48,309 nucleotides of DNA from a virus (IMGVR_UViG_3300037462_000908:1-48309), one strand, 5' to 3'; shown: positions 9,359 through 18,753, counted from the first letter of the stretch. Numbers and translations are program-made. The notes: generated by a model not told the origin, from the letters alone.

Positions 9359-9693
9359 TGAAAGTAAAAAAAAAGAATACCAAGTCCCAAGTCATACGCT
9401 TGGGTCTTCTGGCAGAGTTAGAAGCCTACTTAAAGGCAAAATATGGAATATATGCAAAAGAGTACACATTCCATCCAACAAGGCAATGGAGATTTGATTA
9501 TGCAATCCCCAATGAACTTGTAAAAATAGCAATTGAAATAGAAGGGGGGATATATTCAGGTGGCAGGCACACAAGAGGTTCAGGATACCAAAAAGATTTA
9601 TACAAATACAATACAGCTGTAAAGATGGGTTGGAGATTATACAGATTTACCTACAGCGATCTCAAGAAGAAAATTCACTTAAAATTCATATAA
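9358..9693 (+). CDS. PD-(D/E)XK / DUF559-like endonuclease (possible resolvase)
   Basis: EYTFHPTRQWRFDYA...IAIEIEGG...GRHTRG...D..KYN.A...GW...RFT. Confidence 0.8.
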   Translation: MKVKKKNTKSQVIRLGLLAELEAYLKAKYGIYAKEYTFHPTRQWRFDYAIPNELVKIAIEIEGGIYSGGRHTRGSGYQKDLYKYNTAVKMGWRLYRFTYSDLKKKIHLKFI

Positions 9694-9694
9694 T

Positions 9695-10486
9695 ATGCAA
9701 ACATACACTTTTATCTTGCCTTCAGGCATTGAGGCAGAAGTCAAATATATCTCTGGGGAAGCATCAGAAGTATTTACTAAAAAGAAGAATATTGAGACAG
9801 GAATGGCTCACACGCTTTTAATCAAACAAGTATTAGTAAGAGTTGGGGATGAAACAAACATTACAATTGAGTTTATAGAGAGGCTTTTAACAAAAGATAG
9901 AAAAGCTATTTTATTTACAGCAAGACAATTTACTTATGATTTCCCCGAAGAGTACAAGATTATTACCAAGTTTGGAAAATCAGAGGTAGAATATCCAATA
10001 TCTTTAGAAGACTATGTTCCCAGCAACTACCCTTTTTATCAAAAAATAGTAGATGAAAAGAAGAAGTTATCTGAGGAAAATGAATTCAAATACGAACCAG
10101 AGCCAGCTTTTAAGAGCTATGAAGAGGTATTGGAAAAAAGAAAATGTGAGGTTTTACTGCCAAAATCAAAAAAAACAGTCTATTTTTATTTGATGACAGG
10201 AAAAGACGAGAAGAGAGCTTTAAAAGTTAATTCAGATGAAGCTAGCCTTTTAACAGTCATGAGCTTGAGAAACCCTGTTGAGATGGGGCAAAAGGGAGAA
10301 ATCATGTTGAACTTAAGGGAACTCCATGCAATGGATTTAGGTGCTTTGAATGGAGAAATGGATGAGGCGGAAGATGATTTTCAAACTGTGATTGAGATTA
10401 ATGACCCGAATAAATTCGGGGAATCTAAAATTGTAAATATTATGGATCATCATTTTTTTTTCGGATACCGCCGCTCATCGAAATAA
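9695..10486 (+). CDS. Tail assembly chaperone (G-like), with -1 frameshift extension to 10653
   Basis: LPSG...LLTKDRKAILF..R...Y and LPKSKK.V.F..MTG.DE segments; T9 run at 10453-10461 before an open -1 frame. Confidence 0.65.
   Translation: MQTYTFILPSGIEAEVKYISGEASEVFTKKKNIETGMAHTLLIKQVLVRVGDETNITIEFIERLLTKDRKAILFTARQFTYDFPEEYKIITKFGKSEVEYPISLEDYVPSNYPFYQKIVDEKKKLSEENEFKYEPEPAFKSYEEVLEKRKCEVLLPKSKKTVYFYLMTGKDEKRALKVNSDEASLLTVMSLRNPVEMGQKGEIMLNLRELHAMDLGALNGEMDEAEDDFQTVIEINDPNKFGESKIVNIMDHHFFFGYRRSSK
10453..10461 (+). other. Programmed -1 ribosomal frameshift slippery site (T TTT TTT)
   Basis: -1 frame reads ...FFRIPPLIEIRFVLGYGENNLNITWQELLMLPVIHIERLFELHKNQKEIEDKEYEKIRSNRNPSF to TAA 10653. 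Confidence 0.75.
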
Positions 10487-10668
10487 GGTTTGTTTTGGGG
10501 TATGGGGAGAACAATCTCAATATCACATGGCAGGAATTACTAATGTTACCTGTTATTCATATTGAAAGATTGTTTGAACTTCATAAGAACCAAAAAGAAA
10601 TTGAAGATAAAGAATATGAAAAAATTAGAAGTAATAGAAATCCGTCATTTTAAGTAATAGTGTATATT

Positions 10669-10699
10669 AAAAAAGGGACTTTTTGAGTCCCTTTTTTTT
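10669..10699. terminator. Bidirectional intrinsic terminator
   Basis: AAAAAAGGGACT-TTTTG-AGTCCCTTTTTT. Confidence 0.85.
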
Positions 10700-11312
10700 A
10701 TTGTATGTCTCCTATGTATATTTTAACATCACTTCTGGCAGGTTCCCAAACTACTTTTCCCTTTATTTCTTTAGGTATCTTATAAACCAAATTAGTAGTT
10801 TTGGTAGTCAATGGATTAATCTGGTCCATCAATAGTCCCCATCCTTCAAGTAAAACTGGCTCAGGATTATCAAAAGTATAATCTTTACCATTATAGTTTA
10901 TAATAATCTTTCCTGCAAACATCATCCTACTTTCGTTATCAATATTTTTAAAAGTAACATTCATCACCAGGTATTGATTGTCTTTTTCTGGTTTCAAGTC
11001 CACAAACTCATTACCTGTATTGACAGCTTCCATAACACCTACCTTGTTGACTGTGATTTCAAAATATTCAGTTTTAATAGCTTGTCCTATTTGTGGTTTT
11101 GCTGGTTCATCTTTTACAACTACTGGCTGATCAGATTTGGAAGAGCTGCTACTACTTTCTTTTTTAGGTCCCATGATAATGCTCATGATGAAGGCCACCA
11201 CTATAATAAAAATAATCAGTCTTATGTAGTTTACTTTTACTTTTTCATTCTCCACAGTAAGTCCAATGAATTTGTAGAGACCAGGCAGTTTTTGGATTGC
11301 ATTTTTTAGCAT
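10698..11312 (-). CDS. Membrane-anchored DUF4352-like (Ig-like) protein, moron
   Basis: Single TM, Ser-rich linker, YLVMNVTFKNIDNE...QINP...LVYKIPK. Confidence 0.75.
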   Translation of the reverse strand: MLKNAIQKLPGLYKFIGLTVENEKVKVNYIRLIIFIIVVAFIMSIIMGPKKESSSSSSKSDQPVVVKDEPAKPQIGQAIKTEYFEITVNKVGVMEAVNTGNEFVDLKPEKDNQYLVMNVTFKNIDNESRMMFAGKIIINYNGKDYTFDNPEPVLLEGWGLLMDQINPLTTKTTNLVYKIPKEIKGKVVWEPARSDVKIYIGDIQ

Positions 11313-11380
11313 AGCATAAAGAGTTTTAGTGAAGACCAAAACTAAAAAAAAGATTCAAAATAACAAATAATATTAATAAG

Positions 11381-11680
11381 TGAAACGCAAAAGGAACGGA
11401 TAAGTATTTATAAATCAATGAAATATAATAGATTTTGAAACGCATTTGTGTACGATTACGGAACGCAAAAGGAACGGATAAGAGATTTTTGAAGAGTTTT
11501 TATAAAAAAATGAAACGCAAAAGGAACGGATAAAAAACTAAATGTCAATAATTTACATTGAATTTTGAAACGCATTTGAGTACGATTAACATAATTTTTA
11601 TTCATTTGAAACGCAAAAGGAACGGATAAATATTTGTTTTTCAGTTTTTTATGATAATTTTTGAAACGGTTTTGAGTACG
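11381..11680 (+). repeat. Iteron-like direct repeat array, candidate replication origin
   Basis: (T)GAAACGCAAAAGGAACGGATAA at 11381, ~11460 (variant), 11511, 11607; TGAAACGCATTTG(T/A)GTACG-like at 11436, 11566, 11662; followed by an AT-rich tract. Confidence 0.75.
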
Positions 11681-11821
11681 CCCTATCTCTAGTATATATA
11701 GTATATATATTTAGTTATAATAGTTAATAGTAGTTTTCTTTTTTGGTTCTTTTTTCTTTTGAATTTTTCTTGAAAAAAATGCGGAATATTTTTTTAATGT
11801 TTTGCGGAAAATTCATGAGAC

Positions 11822-11847
11822 AAAAAAAACCTGCTGTTTAGCAGGTT
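11822..11847 (-). terminator. Intrinsic terminator for the 12088-11846 gene
   Basis: AAAAAAAACCTGCT-GTTT-AGCAGGTT. Confidence 0.7.
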
Positions 11848-12088
11848 AATATTTAATTTTTTCGCCGAGTCCCCAGTCTGGTTTCTCCTGGTCTTCCATT
11901 GGAATTACGAAGAAAGTTCGTCCGTCTATATCTACTCTTTCAATATTTAGTTTTCCCGATTTTATATACTCATAGACTATTTTAGGTGTAACACCTATTG
12001 AATTTCGCTTCACATTAGGAAAGTGATAAGAAATACTGATCACTGTCTTTAATTCCGCAGGGTTTACAAGTTTCGTTTGCTCTCCCAT
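11846..12088 (-). CDS. Small DNA-binding protein (Xis/HTH-like)
   Basis: GVTPKIVYEYIKSGKL...IDGRTFFVI. Confidence 0.55.
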   Translation of the reverse strand: MGEQTKLVNPAELKTVISISYHFPNVKRNSIGVTPKIVYEYIKSGKLNIERVDIDGRTFFVIPMEDQEKPDWGLGEKIKY

Positions 12089-12165
12089 AGTTTTAGAATT
12101 TTTATGATAGGCACAAAGGAAATAAATAAATTACATATTTACAACTGCCAAATAAATATTTTTAG

Positions 12166-12246
12166 TTTTATTAAAAAAAATATAATAAAATATTTGCAAG
12201 TAAATAAATTATTTATTTACTTTGTATAACAATTTTAATTATTCAC
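12166..12246 (+). promoter_or_regulatory. Repeated ~80-bp promoter element, copy 1
   Basis: Near-identical to 23341-23421; TTTG (12193) and TTACTTTG (12217) 20 nt apart, resembling Bacteroidota -33/-7 boxes. Confidence 0.7.
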
Positions 12247-12264
12247 AATAAATATATTACTCTT

Positions 12265-12576
12265 ATGAAAAATGCAACTCAAAGACTCGTAATGAAAAAC
12301 GCTTGGGAAATTGTTAGAAGTTTAGGCGTTAAATTCGTAGAAGCTTTAAAAAGAGCTTGGCAAGCTATAAAAGCAGAAAGCTTATCTTATTTTAAAATCA
12401 AATTCATAAAAGAATCAACTGGAGAAATTACTGAAAGGGTTGGTTCAAACGCCAGAATTAAAAACGGCACTCACTTAAGTTTCCACTCAATTACTGATAA
12501 TGGTTACAGACAAGCAATCATTAAGAATATTATCTCCGTAGAACCTGCTAATGTAGAATATAAAGTAGAGGCTTAG
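12265..12576 (+). CDS. Phage early protein with WYL_2/SH3-like domain
   Basis: VMKNAW...FVEALKRAW N-terminal motif; KFIKESTGEITERVG...GYRQ. Confidence 0.55.
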   Translation: MKNATQRLVMKNAWEIVRSLGVKFVEALKRAWQAIKAESLSYFKIKFIKESTGEITERVGSNARIKNGTHLSFHSITDNGYRQAIIKNIISVEPANVEYKVEA

Positions 12577-12596
12577 TCCTCTACTATTTTAATCTT

Positions 12597-13397
12597 ATGG
12601 AAGAGATAAAAAAAATTTTGAACCCTGATAAGAGATATGCCCGAATAGTAACTGAGATACAAAAAAAGTTTGATGAATTGAGTTACTATGAGAGAAGCAG
12701 AGTGTTTGACGATTTCCTTACCTGTGCAATTTGTACTTTTCATAATACGAATTTAAGATACAGGCTACTGGCTTGTGATATTGAGAACGAAAAGAAGTAT
12801 TTGGAGGTAATTAAGCATTATAAGCCAAGAGAACAATTGATTATTAAAGAGATTTTACACTTATTCATAGCAGCTGTTGAGGCTAAAAATTACTCAGACC
12901 CTTTGGGAGAATACTATGAACAATACTTTGCAAATAGCAGGCTTGGGCAATTCTTTACACCGATGGAGGTTTGTAGAATAATGGCTAATATGGTTATAAA
13001 TGAAGAATCTGAATATAAAACAGTTGTAGATGATACTGGATGTGGTTCAGGTAGGAATTTACTAGCAGCCGCCGAGAAAAACCCGAAAAACTTCTTTAAA
13101 GCAAGGGATATAAGCCTCACAGTAGCAAAATTATGTACTCTCAATTGTTTTATGAATGGTTTGAGAGGAGAGGTAGCTTGGGGAGATGCTATTAGCCTTG
13201 AAACTTGGAAAGTTTGGGAAGTCAATATGATGGGCTTTGGTATTCGAGAAATTCCAATAGAAGAAAGTTTTTATTTTGGACAGGAAAAAGAAGCCCTTGA
13301 ATCTTTGAGAAGAAGAAAAGAAAGATTGAACGAAAAAATAACAGAGCAACCAAAAAACAATAAAAATAAACCCGATTTACAATTTAAGTTATTCTAA
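12597..13397 (+). CDS. N6-adenine methyltransferase-like protein lacking the catalytic NPP(Y/F) motif
   Basis: DPLGEYYE, GQFFTP, DTGCGSG and RDIS present; no (N/D/S)PP(Y/F) seen. Confidence 0.75.
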   Translation: MEEIKKILNPDKRYARIVTEIQKKFDELSYYERSRVFDDFLTCAICTFHNTNLRYRLLACDIENEKKYLEVIKHYKPREQLIIKEILHLFIAAVEAKNYSDPLGEYYEQYFANSRLGQFFTPMEVCRIMANMVINEESEYKTVVDDTGCGSGRNLLAAAEKNPKNFFKARDISLTVAKLCTLNCFMNGLRGEVAWGDAISLETWKVWEVNMMGFGIREIPIEESFYFGQEKEALESLRRRKERLNEKITEQPKNNKNKPDLQFKLF

Positions 13398-13401
13398 CCT
13401 T

Positions 13402-14916
13402 ATGACCATGAATTTAACAGACGAACAAAAAGACATCATCTCATTTGATGAAAACATGAAAATTAGTGCCTTGGCGGGTAGCGGTAAAACATCTACTTTG
13501 ATTGAGTTTGCAAAAAGCAGGGTAAAAAGTACATTCTTATACTTAGCATTTAACAGAAGTGTAAAAGATGAGGCAATAGAGAAGTTTTCCAAAAAAGGTG
13601 TTGAAAACGTAAGAATCGAAACTGCCCATTCACTTGCTTATAGAGCTGTAGCAATTCCATACAAATATGATGTAAAAAACTACAAAACAGCCGATATACT
13701 TGAAATACCTGAAAGCCTTGAGAAGTTTAAAGCAGAAGACAGGTTGGATAATTTCATTTTTTGCAAGCACATCATGAAATACTTATCCATCTACTGTAAT
13801 TCATCAGCTGTTAAAGTTACAGATATTAATTATTTGGAAAGTTGCACCAGTGAGCAATCTAAGGCATTTGTAACAGAAAATTATGAGTATTTGGAAATGG
13901 CAGTCAAGAAAATATTGAAAAAAATGGATCATGGAGATATTGCCGTAACGCATGATTTTTACCTCAAAAAATATCAATTATTATCTCCTGAATTAGATTA
14001 TGATTATATTTTCTTTGATGAGGGTCAGGATGCCTCACCCTCAATGCTTGATATTTTCCTTCGACAAGAAAGTAAAAAGATAATAGTAGGAGATACACAC
14101 CAACAAATTTATGGTTGGAGAGGTGCTATAAACTCACTGGAGCAGGTTGATTTTGAGGAGTTCTTTTTAAGTAATTCATTTAGATTTTCTCAAGACATAG
14201 CAGATTTGGCAAACTCTGTACTCTCTTGGAAAAGTAATTTAGGTGAAGGCTTTTCAAAAACTAAAATTACAGGTCTTGGGGAGTATTTTCCCGAAAAAGA
14301 AATGGAAGGCAGAGCAATTCTTTCAAGAACAAATATTAAGTTACTTGCTAAGGCTATCAATTTTGTTTCAAGAAACCCAAAAACTAAGATTTATTTTGAA
14401 GGAAATATCAGCAGTTATACTTATGCTGATAGTGGTAGTAGTGTTTATGATGTATTGAACTTGTATTTACAAAAGAGAGAATACATTAAAGATAAGCTAA
14501 TTAAGCAGTTTAAAAGTATTTCGGAGCTTGAGGAATATATTAAAAAGTCTGAGGATAACGAATTAGGCGTTTTACTCGAATTAGTGAGAACATACAGACA
14601 CGAACTTCCAAGATTGATAAATGCTATTAAGGAGCAACAAGCACCCACAAAAGAGCAGGCATCTATGGTATTCTCTACCATTCACAAAGCAAAAGGCATG
14701 GAGTATGATGAGGTAGAATTACTTGAAGGATTTTTAACAAAAACATCTTTTACTAAATTCTTAGAAGATGATAAAAAGGACAGTGAGGCATTTTCCAAAA
14801 TCATTGAAGAAATCAATATTCTGTATGTGGGCATCACGAGGGCAAGACAGAAAATAAAACTACCACTTGAAATACTCCTTAGTGGTTCATCAAGCCCTCA
14901 AATAATACTTACCTAA
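13402..14916 (+). CDS. SF1 UvrD-like DNA helicase
   Basis: ALAGSGKT, LAFN, DEGQD, VGDTHQQIYGWRGA, SFRF, STIHKAKGMEYD, YVGITRA. Confidence 0.92.
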   Translation: MTMNLTDEQKDIISFDENMKISALAGSGKTSTLIEFAKSRVKSTFLYLAFNRSVKDEAIEKFSKKGVENVRIETAHSLAYRAVAIPYKYDVKNYKTADILEIPESLEKFKAEDRLDNFIFCKHIMKYLSIYCNSSAVKVTDINYLESCTSEQSKAFVTENYEYLEMAVKKILKKMDHGDIAVTHDFYLKKYQLLSPELDYDYIFFDEGQDASPSMLDIFLRQESKKIIVGDTHQQIYGWRGAINSLEQVDFEEFFLSNSFRFSQDIADLANSVLSWKSNLGEGFSKTKITGLGEYFPEKEMEGRAILSRTNIKLLAKAINFVSRNPKTKIYFEGNISSYTYADSGSSVYDVLNLYLQKREYIKDKLIKQFKSISELEEYIKKSEDNELGVLLELVRTYRHELPRLINAIKEQQAPTKEQASMVFSTIHKAKGMEYDEVELLEGFLTKTSFTKFLEDDKKDSEAFSKIIEEINILYVGITRARQKIKLPLEILLSGSSSPQIILT

Positions 14917-15417
14917 CTACCAACCCAAATTATCTTTAATATCATTCACCCTTTCATTGACATCATTGTCTAATGTGAGGGTGATGCTTATTTCTATCAT
15001 CTGTGGTAAGAAATCGAAACCAGGTAAGTGAATCTTTTCTTTAGCAGAAAACTTGGAAACTACCCACTTGTTATTTCTAAATCTTCTTCCCCAAATCAAA
15101 ACTACCTGAGGAGTTTTTCCAGTGGTTGTATCTTGGTAAGTGAGGGATTCAATCCATTTAGCCCTGTAGGCTGCATCTGTCTTTGCATCATCATCAGCTA
15201 GTAGATAGAAAGTAAAGCTGATTTCCTTAGAGCCTCCAGTAAAGTGATGGAGCGGGTTGTTTCTTCCCACAGCCTGCACATTCTGAAGGTTTACGTTTCT
15301 ATTGATATTCAATTCCTCTGGCAAAAACTGAATAGCAAGCCTTTCATTTGACCTTAAATCAATTAAGTAAATGAGGGCATCTGTACTGGTGGCTATGGGT
15401 TTCCAACGTTCTTCCAT
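14917..15417 (-). CDS. Tail tube initiator / baseplate hub (CIS tube-like) protein
   Basis: QFLPEELNINR...GRNNP...FTGG...ISF and PQVVLIWG...P...EISITL. Confidence 0.7.
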   Translation of the reverse strand: MEERWKPIATSTDALIYLIDLRSNERLAIQFLPEELNINRNVNLQNVQAVGRNNPLHHFTGGSKEISFTFYLLADDDAKTDAAYRAKWIESLTYQDTTTGKTPQVVLIWGRRFRNNKWVVSKFSAKEKIHLPGFDFLPQMIEISITLTLDNDVNERVNDIKDNLGW

Positions 15418-15480
15418 CTTTTATTTTAATAAAAAATTTATATATTTGCAAATATAATTTATTTTAATTAAATTATTTTA

Positions 15481-16110
15481 ATGAAAGGTATTGATATAAA
15501 TCCCAAAGGGTATCATAAAAACCCAAGACAAATTAGCGAAAAACAGTTCGCTAATTTAAAAGAATGGCTTGAAGAGCTTGGAGACTTGTCAGGTATCATT
15601 CATGACCTAAATTCAAACGAACTCATTGGAGGTAACCAAAGGAGTAGGGTAATATTTGCGTCAGGAGATTACGAGGTAAATCTTACTAAAAAGTATGCAA
15701 ATCCCACAAAGACAGGGACCGTAGCAGTAGGGCATCTTACTTGGAACGGAGAGATGTATAATTACAGACAGGTTCGATGGACACCTAAGCAATGTGAAAA
15801 AGCCAATATCATAGCCAACAAAGCAGGCGGTACTTGGGACACTGATATTCTGGCAAATGAATTTGAAATAGAGGATTTATCAGACTGGGGCTTTGAGGAT
15901 TGGGAATTATCATTTGCAAATACTGAAGAGGAAGAAGAGGAGCAAGAAGAAAAGAAAGAAAATGGATATGTGATTAAGAGTGAAATCATATTTGATGATG
16001 AGGGACAGAAAGCAAATTTCGATAAGTTTTTAATCTATCTGAAGAAAAAATATAAACAAGAAGAGACGATTGCAGCAAGATTAGACAAGCATATTCAAGA
16101 ATTCATATAA
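15481..16110 (+). CDS. ParB/Srx-like domain protein
   Basis: YHKNPRQIS...LIGGNQR...ANIIANKAGGTWDTDIL; acidic linker. Confidence 0.8.
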   Translation: MKGIDINPKGYHKNPRQISEKQFANLKEWLEELGDLSGIIHDLNSNELIGGNQRSRVIFASGDYEVNLTKKYANPTKTGTVAVGHLTWNGEMYNYRQVRWTPKQCEKANIIANKAGGTWDTDILANEFEIEDLSDWGFEDWELSFANTEEEEEEQEEKKENGYVIKSEIIFDDEGQKANFDKFLIYLKKKYKQEETIAARLDKHIQEFI

Positions 16111-16143
16111 AGAATACCAATTACTAACAATACATATATTACT

Positions 16144-17238
16144 ATGGCAAAGAAGGATGACTATATCCAATACTTGGATATCGACGTTCTTGAAGCCTCG
16201 AAAAAGAGAATCAAGCATTTACTCAATAGCTTTGATCATCTTATCATAGCTTTTTCAGGAGGGAAGGACTCCCTTGTACTCTTGAACTTAGTAGAAGAGG
16301 TATATCAGGAACTAAAAATAGAAGAACGCCCGAAGGTTTTTTTTCGGGATGAAGAACTAATCCCAGATGATGTGATTGAATTTGTTGATTCAATAAGGCT
16401 CTCAGGACGTTTCGACTTTCGCTATTATTGTATACAGCTTGAAAGCGAAAAGTATGTTCTTGGCAAGAAAGAAACCTATATACAGTGGGATTCTAAGAGG
16501 GAACACATCAGACCTATTCCACAACACGCTATCACTCATGACCAGGTACTCAGCCAATACACAACTGATGAATTTGTCGTAAAGGACCTAAAAGGCAGAG
16601 TAGCTATTTTGACTGGCATCAGAGCTGATGAAAGTATCATGAGGTTCCAAGGCATCTTAGTCAAAAAAGATGAAAGCTATGTATCTGAAAGCCCATGCCC
16701 TCGTGTGAAGCTTTGTAAACCTATCTATGATTGGACTGAAAAAGATGTATTTAGATACTTTTATGATAAAGATATTAAATACTGTAAGATTTATGATTTT
16801 CAGATGTTTGCTGGGCAGAGGCTAAGAGTTTCTACTCCATTGCATGCAGAGAGTGCCAAAGAAATCAATAAACTCAAAACCGTTTATCCTGTATTTTATA
16901 GCCAAATCACATCTTTATTTCCAGAAGTACGCCTGCAGGAAAGATATTTCAAAGAGCTTGATCGTGATGGAATCATCTACCAATATCCACACACTTGGGA
17001 GGGTATTATGCAATACATCAAAGATAATATTGAAGAGCCTGCCCATAAGAAGAAAGCCATCGAAGCTGTAGAAAAGTGTAAAAGAGCAAGAAAAAATCAA
17101 ACCACTACGGAACGACCTTACGGAGGGTATCCCGTATTTTACGTGTTTAAACAAATCGTAAATGGGGCATACAAAAGATCCATTCTACCCAAAGCACACC
17201 ACAGAATTAGCAAAAAAGAAAAAGAATATGAGCAATAA
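16144..17238 (+). CDS. ibrA: PAPS-reductase family PP-loop protein (IbrA/YbdN-like)
   Basis: AFSGGKDS, FFRDEE, GIRADES..R, KPIYDWTEKDVF; paired with an IbrB-like gene. Confidence 0.8.
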   Translation: MAKKDDYIQYLDIDVLEASKKRIKHLLNSFDHLIIAFSGGKDSLVLLNLVEEVYQELKIEERPKVFFRDEELIPDDVIEFVDSIRLSGRFDFRYYCIQLESEKYVLGKKETYIQWDSKREHIRPIPQHAITHDQVLSQYTTDEFVVKDLKGRVAILTGIRADESIMRFQGILVKKDESYVSESPCPRVKLCKPIYDWTEKDVFRYFYDKDIKYCKIYDFQMFAGQRLRVSTPLHAESAKEINKLKTVYPVFYSQITSLFPEVRLQERYFKELDRDGIIYQYPHTWEGIMQYIKDNIEEPAHKKKAIEAVEKCKRARKNQTTTERPYGGYPVFYVFKQIVNGAYKRSILPKAHHRISKKEKEYEQ

Positions 17239-17791
17239 GAGATTTTTTTCAGAAGAGCATGTTCAGGCGTTTCTGAATTTTGGGATACTACCCGCTATCC
17301 ATAATGATATGGGAGTTTTGCTTGACAATTTCCTAAGAGATGGGGAGGTATGTATGGATTTGGGTTCCTGTACTGGCTTACTTGGTGTAAGAGCCATCAG
17401 GGCAGGAGCTAAGAAAGTAATAGGCATAGAAGCCTCTAAAAGATACATAGAGAAGGCTATCAATCATCCAAATATAGAATATCATAATATGCATGTAGCC
17501 AAAGAAACTCTTGATGATATTTCAGATTTGATAGTTAGAAACAAAGTAACTTCCATACTTGCCCGTAGAGTTATTCCTGAGATAGCAGCTCATTGCTCTG
17601 TTGGGACAATCTATGATTTATCTAGAATGTTTAATAACCTGGGCATTCAAAAAATATTCATTGAGGGTAGGGTATTGGTAGAAAATGCAAAAAGTCATTT
17701 CAGTTCCATAGAAAAAGAGATAGAGGCTTTTTCTACTTATTATAAAGTAACATCCCATAGCAAAAACGCCTATTTACTAACTAAAATATGA
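17228..17791 (+). CDS. Class I SAM-dependent methyltransferase-like protein
   Basis: MDLGSCTGLLG...GAKKVIGIE; likely start ATG 17228. Confidence 0.8.
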   Translation: MSNKRFFSEEHVQAFLNFGILPAIHNDMGVLLDNFLRDGEVCMDLGSCTGLLGVRAIRAGAKKVIGIEASKRYIEKAINHPNIEYHNMHVAKETLDDISDLIVRNKVTSILARRVIPEIAAHCSVGTIYDLSRMFNNLGIQKIFIEGRVLVENAKSHFSSIEKEIEAFSTYYKVTSHSKNAYLLTKI

Positions 17792-18237
17792 AAGAGTATA
17801 ATGGATTCTCAGGAGCTTACAGAGCAAAGGTAGGGAGGCTACTCAATAAAGCTATATTCGAAGGTAAGTTAAAAGCTCCTGAGAAATGCTGTGTTTGTGG
17901 TCAGGAAGAGGGAGGCATGCATTACCACCTTGAAGATTACTCAAAACCCTTTGAGGAACTAAGAGAAATCTGTATAGGATGCCACATGAAATTACACATG
18001 AGATTCGAATACCCTAATATGTGGAAACAGCATCTACATGAGGTTAGGCTTGGTAGAAAAAGCCCTCCTTATAAAAATGTAGGACACTTCTTTAATAAAC
18101 TTAGATTACTAAACATCACTAAAGATTTTGATTTCGTGCCAATGGTAGAAAACCCTACCACTTGGTATGAGAAACTAGCAATTACTAACGATAAATATAT
18201 TACTGATGAAAAAGCCACCAATTTACAACCCGATTGA
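17788..18237 (+). CDS. HNH-like zinc-finger protein
   Basis: CCVCG...HYHLEDYSKP...CIGCHMKLH. Confidence 0.65.
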   Translation: MKEYNGFSGAYRAKVGRLLNKAIFEGKLKAPEKCCVCGQEEGGMHYHLEDYSKPFEELREICIGCHMKLHMRFEYPNMWKQHLHEVRLGRKSPPYKNVGHFFNKLRLLNITKDFDFVPMVENPTTWYEKLAITNDKYITDEKATNLQPD

Positions 18238-18709
18238 ACATTGGACTTGGATTGATGCCTTAGAGCTCAAGGCAAATGATTATAATCCAAACTTTGTTCT
18301 ACCAGCAGAATTAGAACTGCTAGAATTATCCATCATCCAAACGGGTTGGGTACAACCCTTATTAGTTACAAAAGACCTTGTTATTATTGATGGCTTCAAT
18401 AGAGCCACAATATCGAGGGTGAACGCTTGGAAAGTCCCCGCTTGTGTACTTGACATTTCAGAATCAGAGAGAATGTTATTGACTATTAGAATTAATAGGG
18501 CAAAAGGTTCTCATGTTGCATTCAAAATGAGTGAGGTAATTAAGAAACTTATCAATGAATTTGGTTTAGAAAAATCTTATGTAGCTAGAAGCATAGGAGC
18601 TTCTCTGAAGGAAATTGATTTGCTTCTTGAAGATGATGTATTTACCCGACTAAACATCAAAGACCACAAATACAGCAAAGCGTGGGAAGTGAAAAAGCCT
18701 TCTAAATAA
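18206..18709 (+). CDS. ibrB: ParB-like protein (IbrB/YbdM-like)
   Basis: ANDYNPN...LL..SI...GWVQP...IIDGFNR...TIRINRAKGSH. Confidence 0.8.
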   Translation: MKKPPIYNPIEHWTWIDALELKANDYNPNFVLPAELELLELSIIQTGWVQPLLVTKDLVIIDGFNRATISRVNAWKVPACVLDISESERMLLTIRINRAKGSHVAFKMSEVIKKLINEFGLEKSYVARSIGASLKEIDLLLEDDVFTRLNIKDHKYSKAWEVKKPSK

Positions 18710-18753
18710 TTGTATTAAACATTTTATATTATAATAAATAAATTATATATTTA

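Noticed and set aside
11381-11680. CRISPR mini-array
   Set aside because: Two alternating non-palindromic repeat types with 11-bp internal periodicity, irregular very AT-rich spacers and no cas genes; fits iterons better
15481-18709. ParABS plasmid-prophage partition system
   Set aside because: No ParA ATPase found, and the ParB-like proteins resemble the IbrB and modification-associated types
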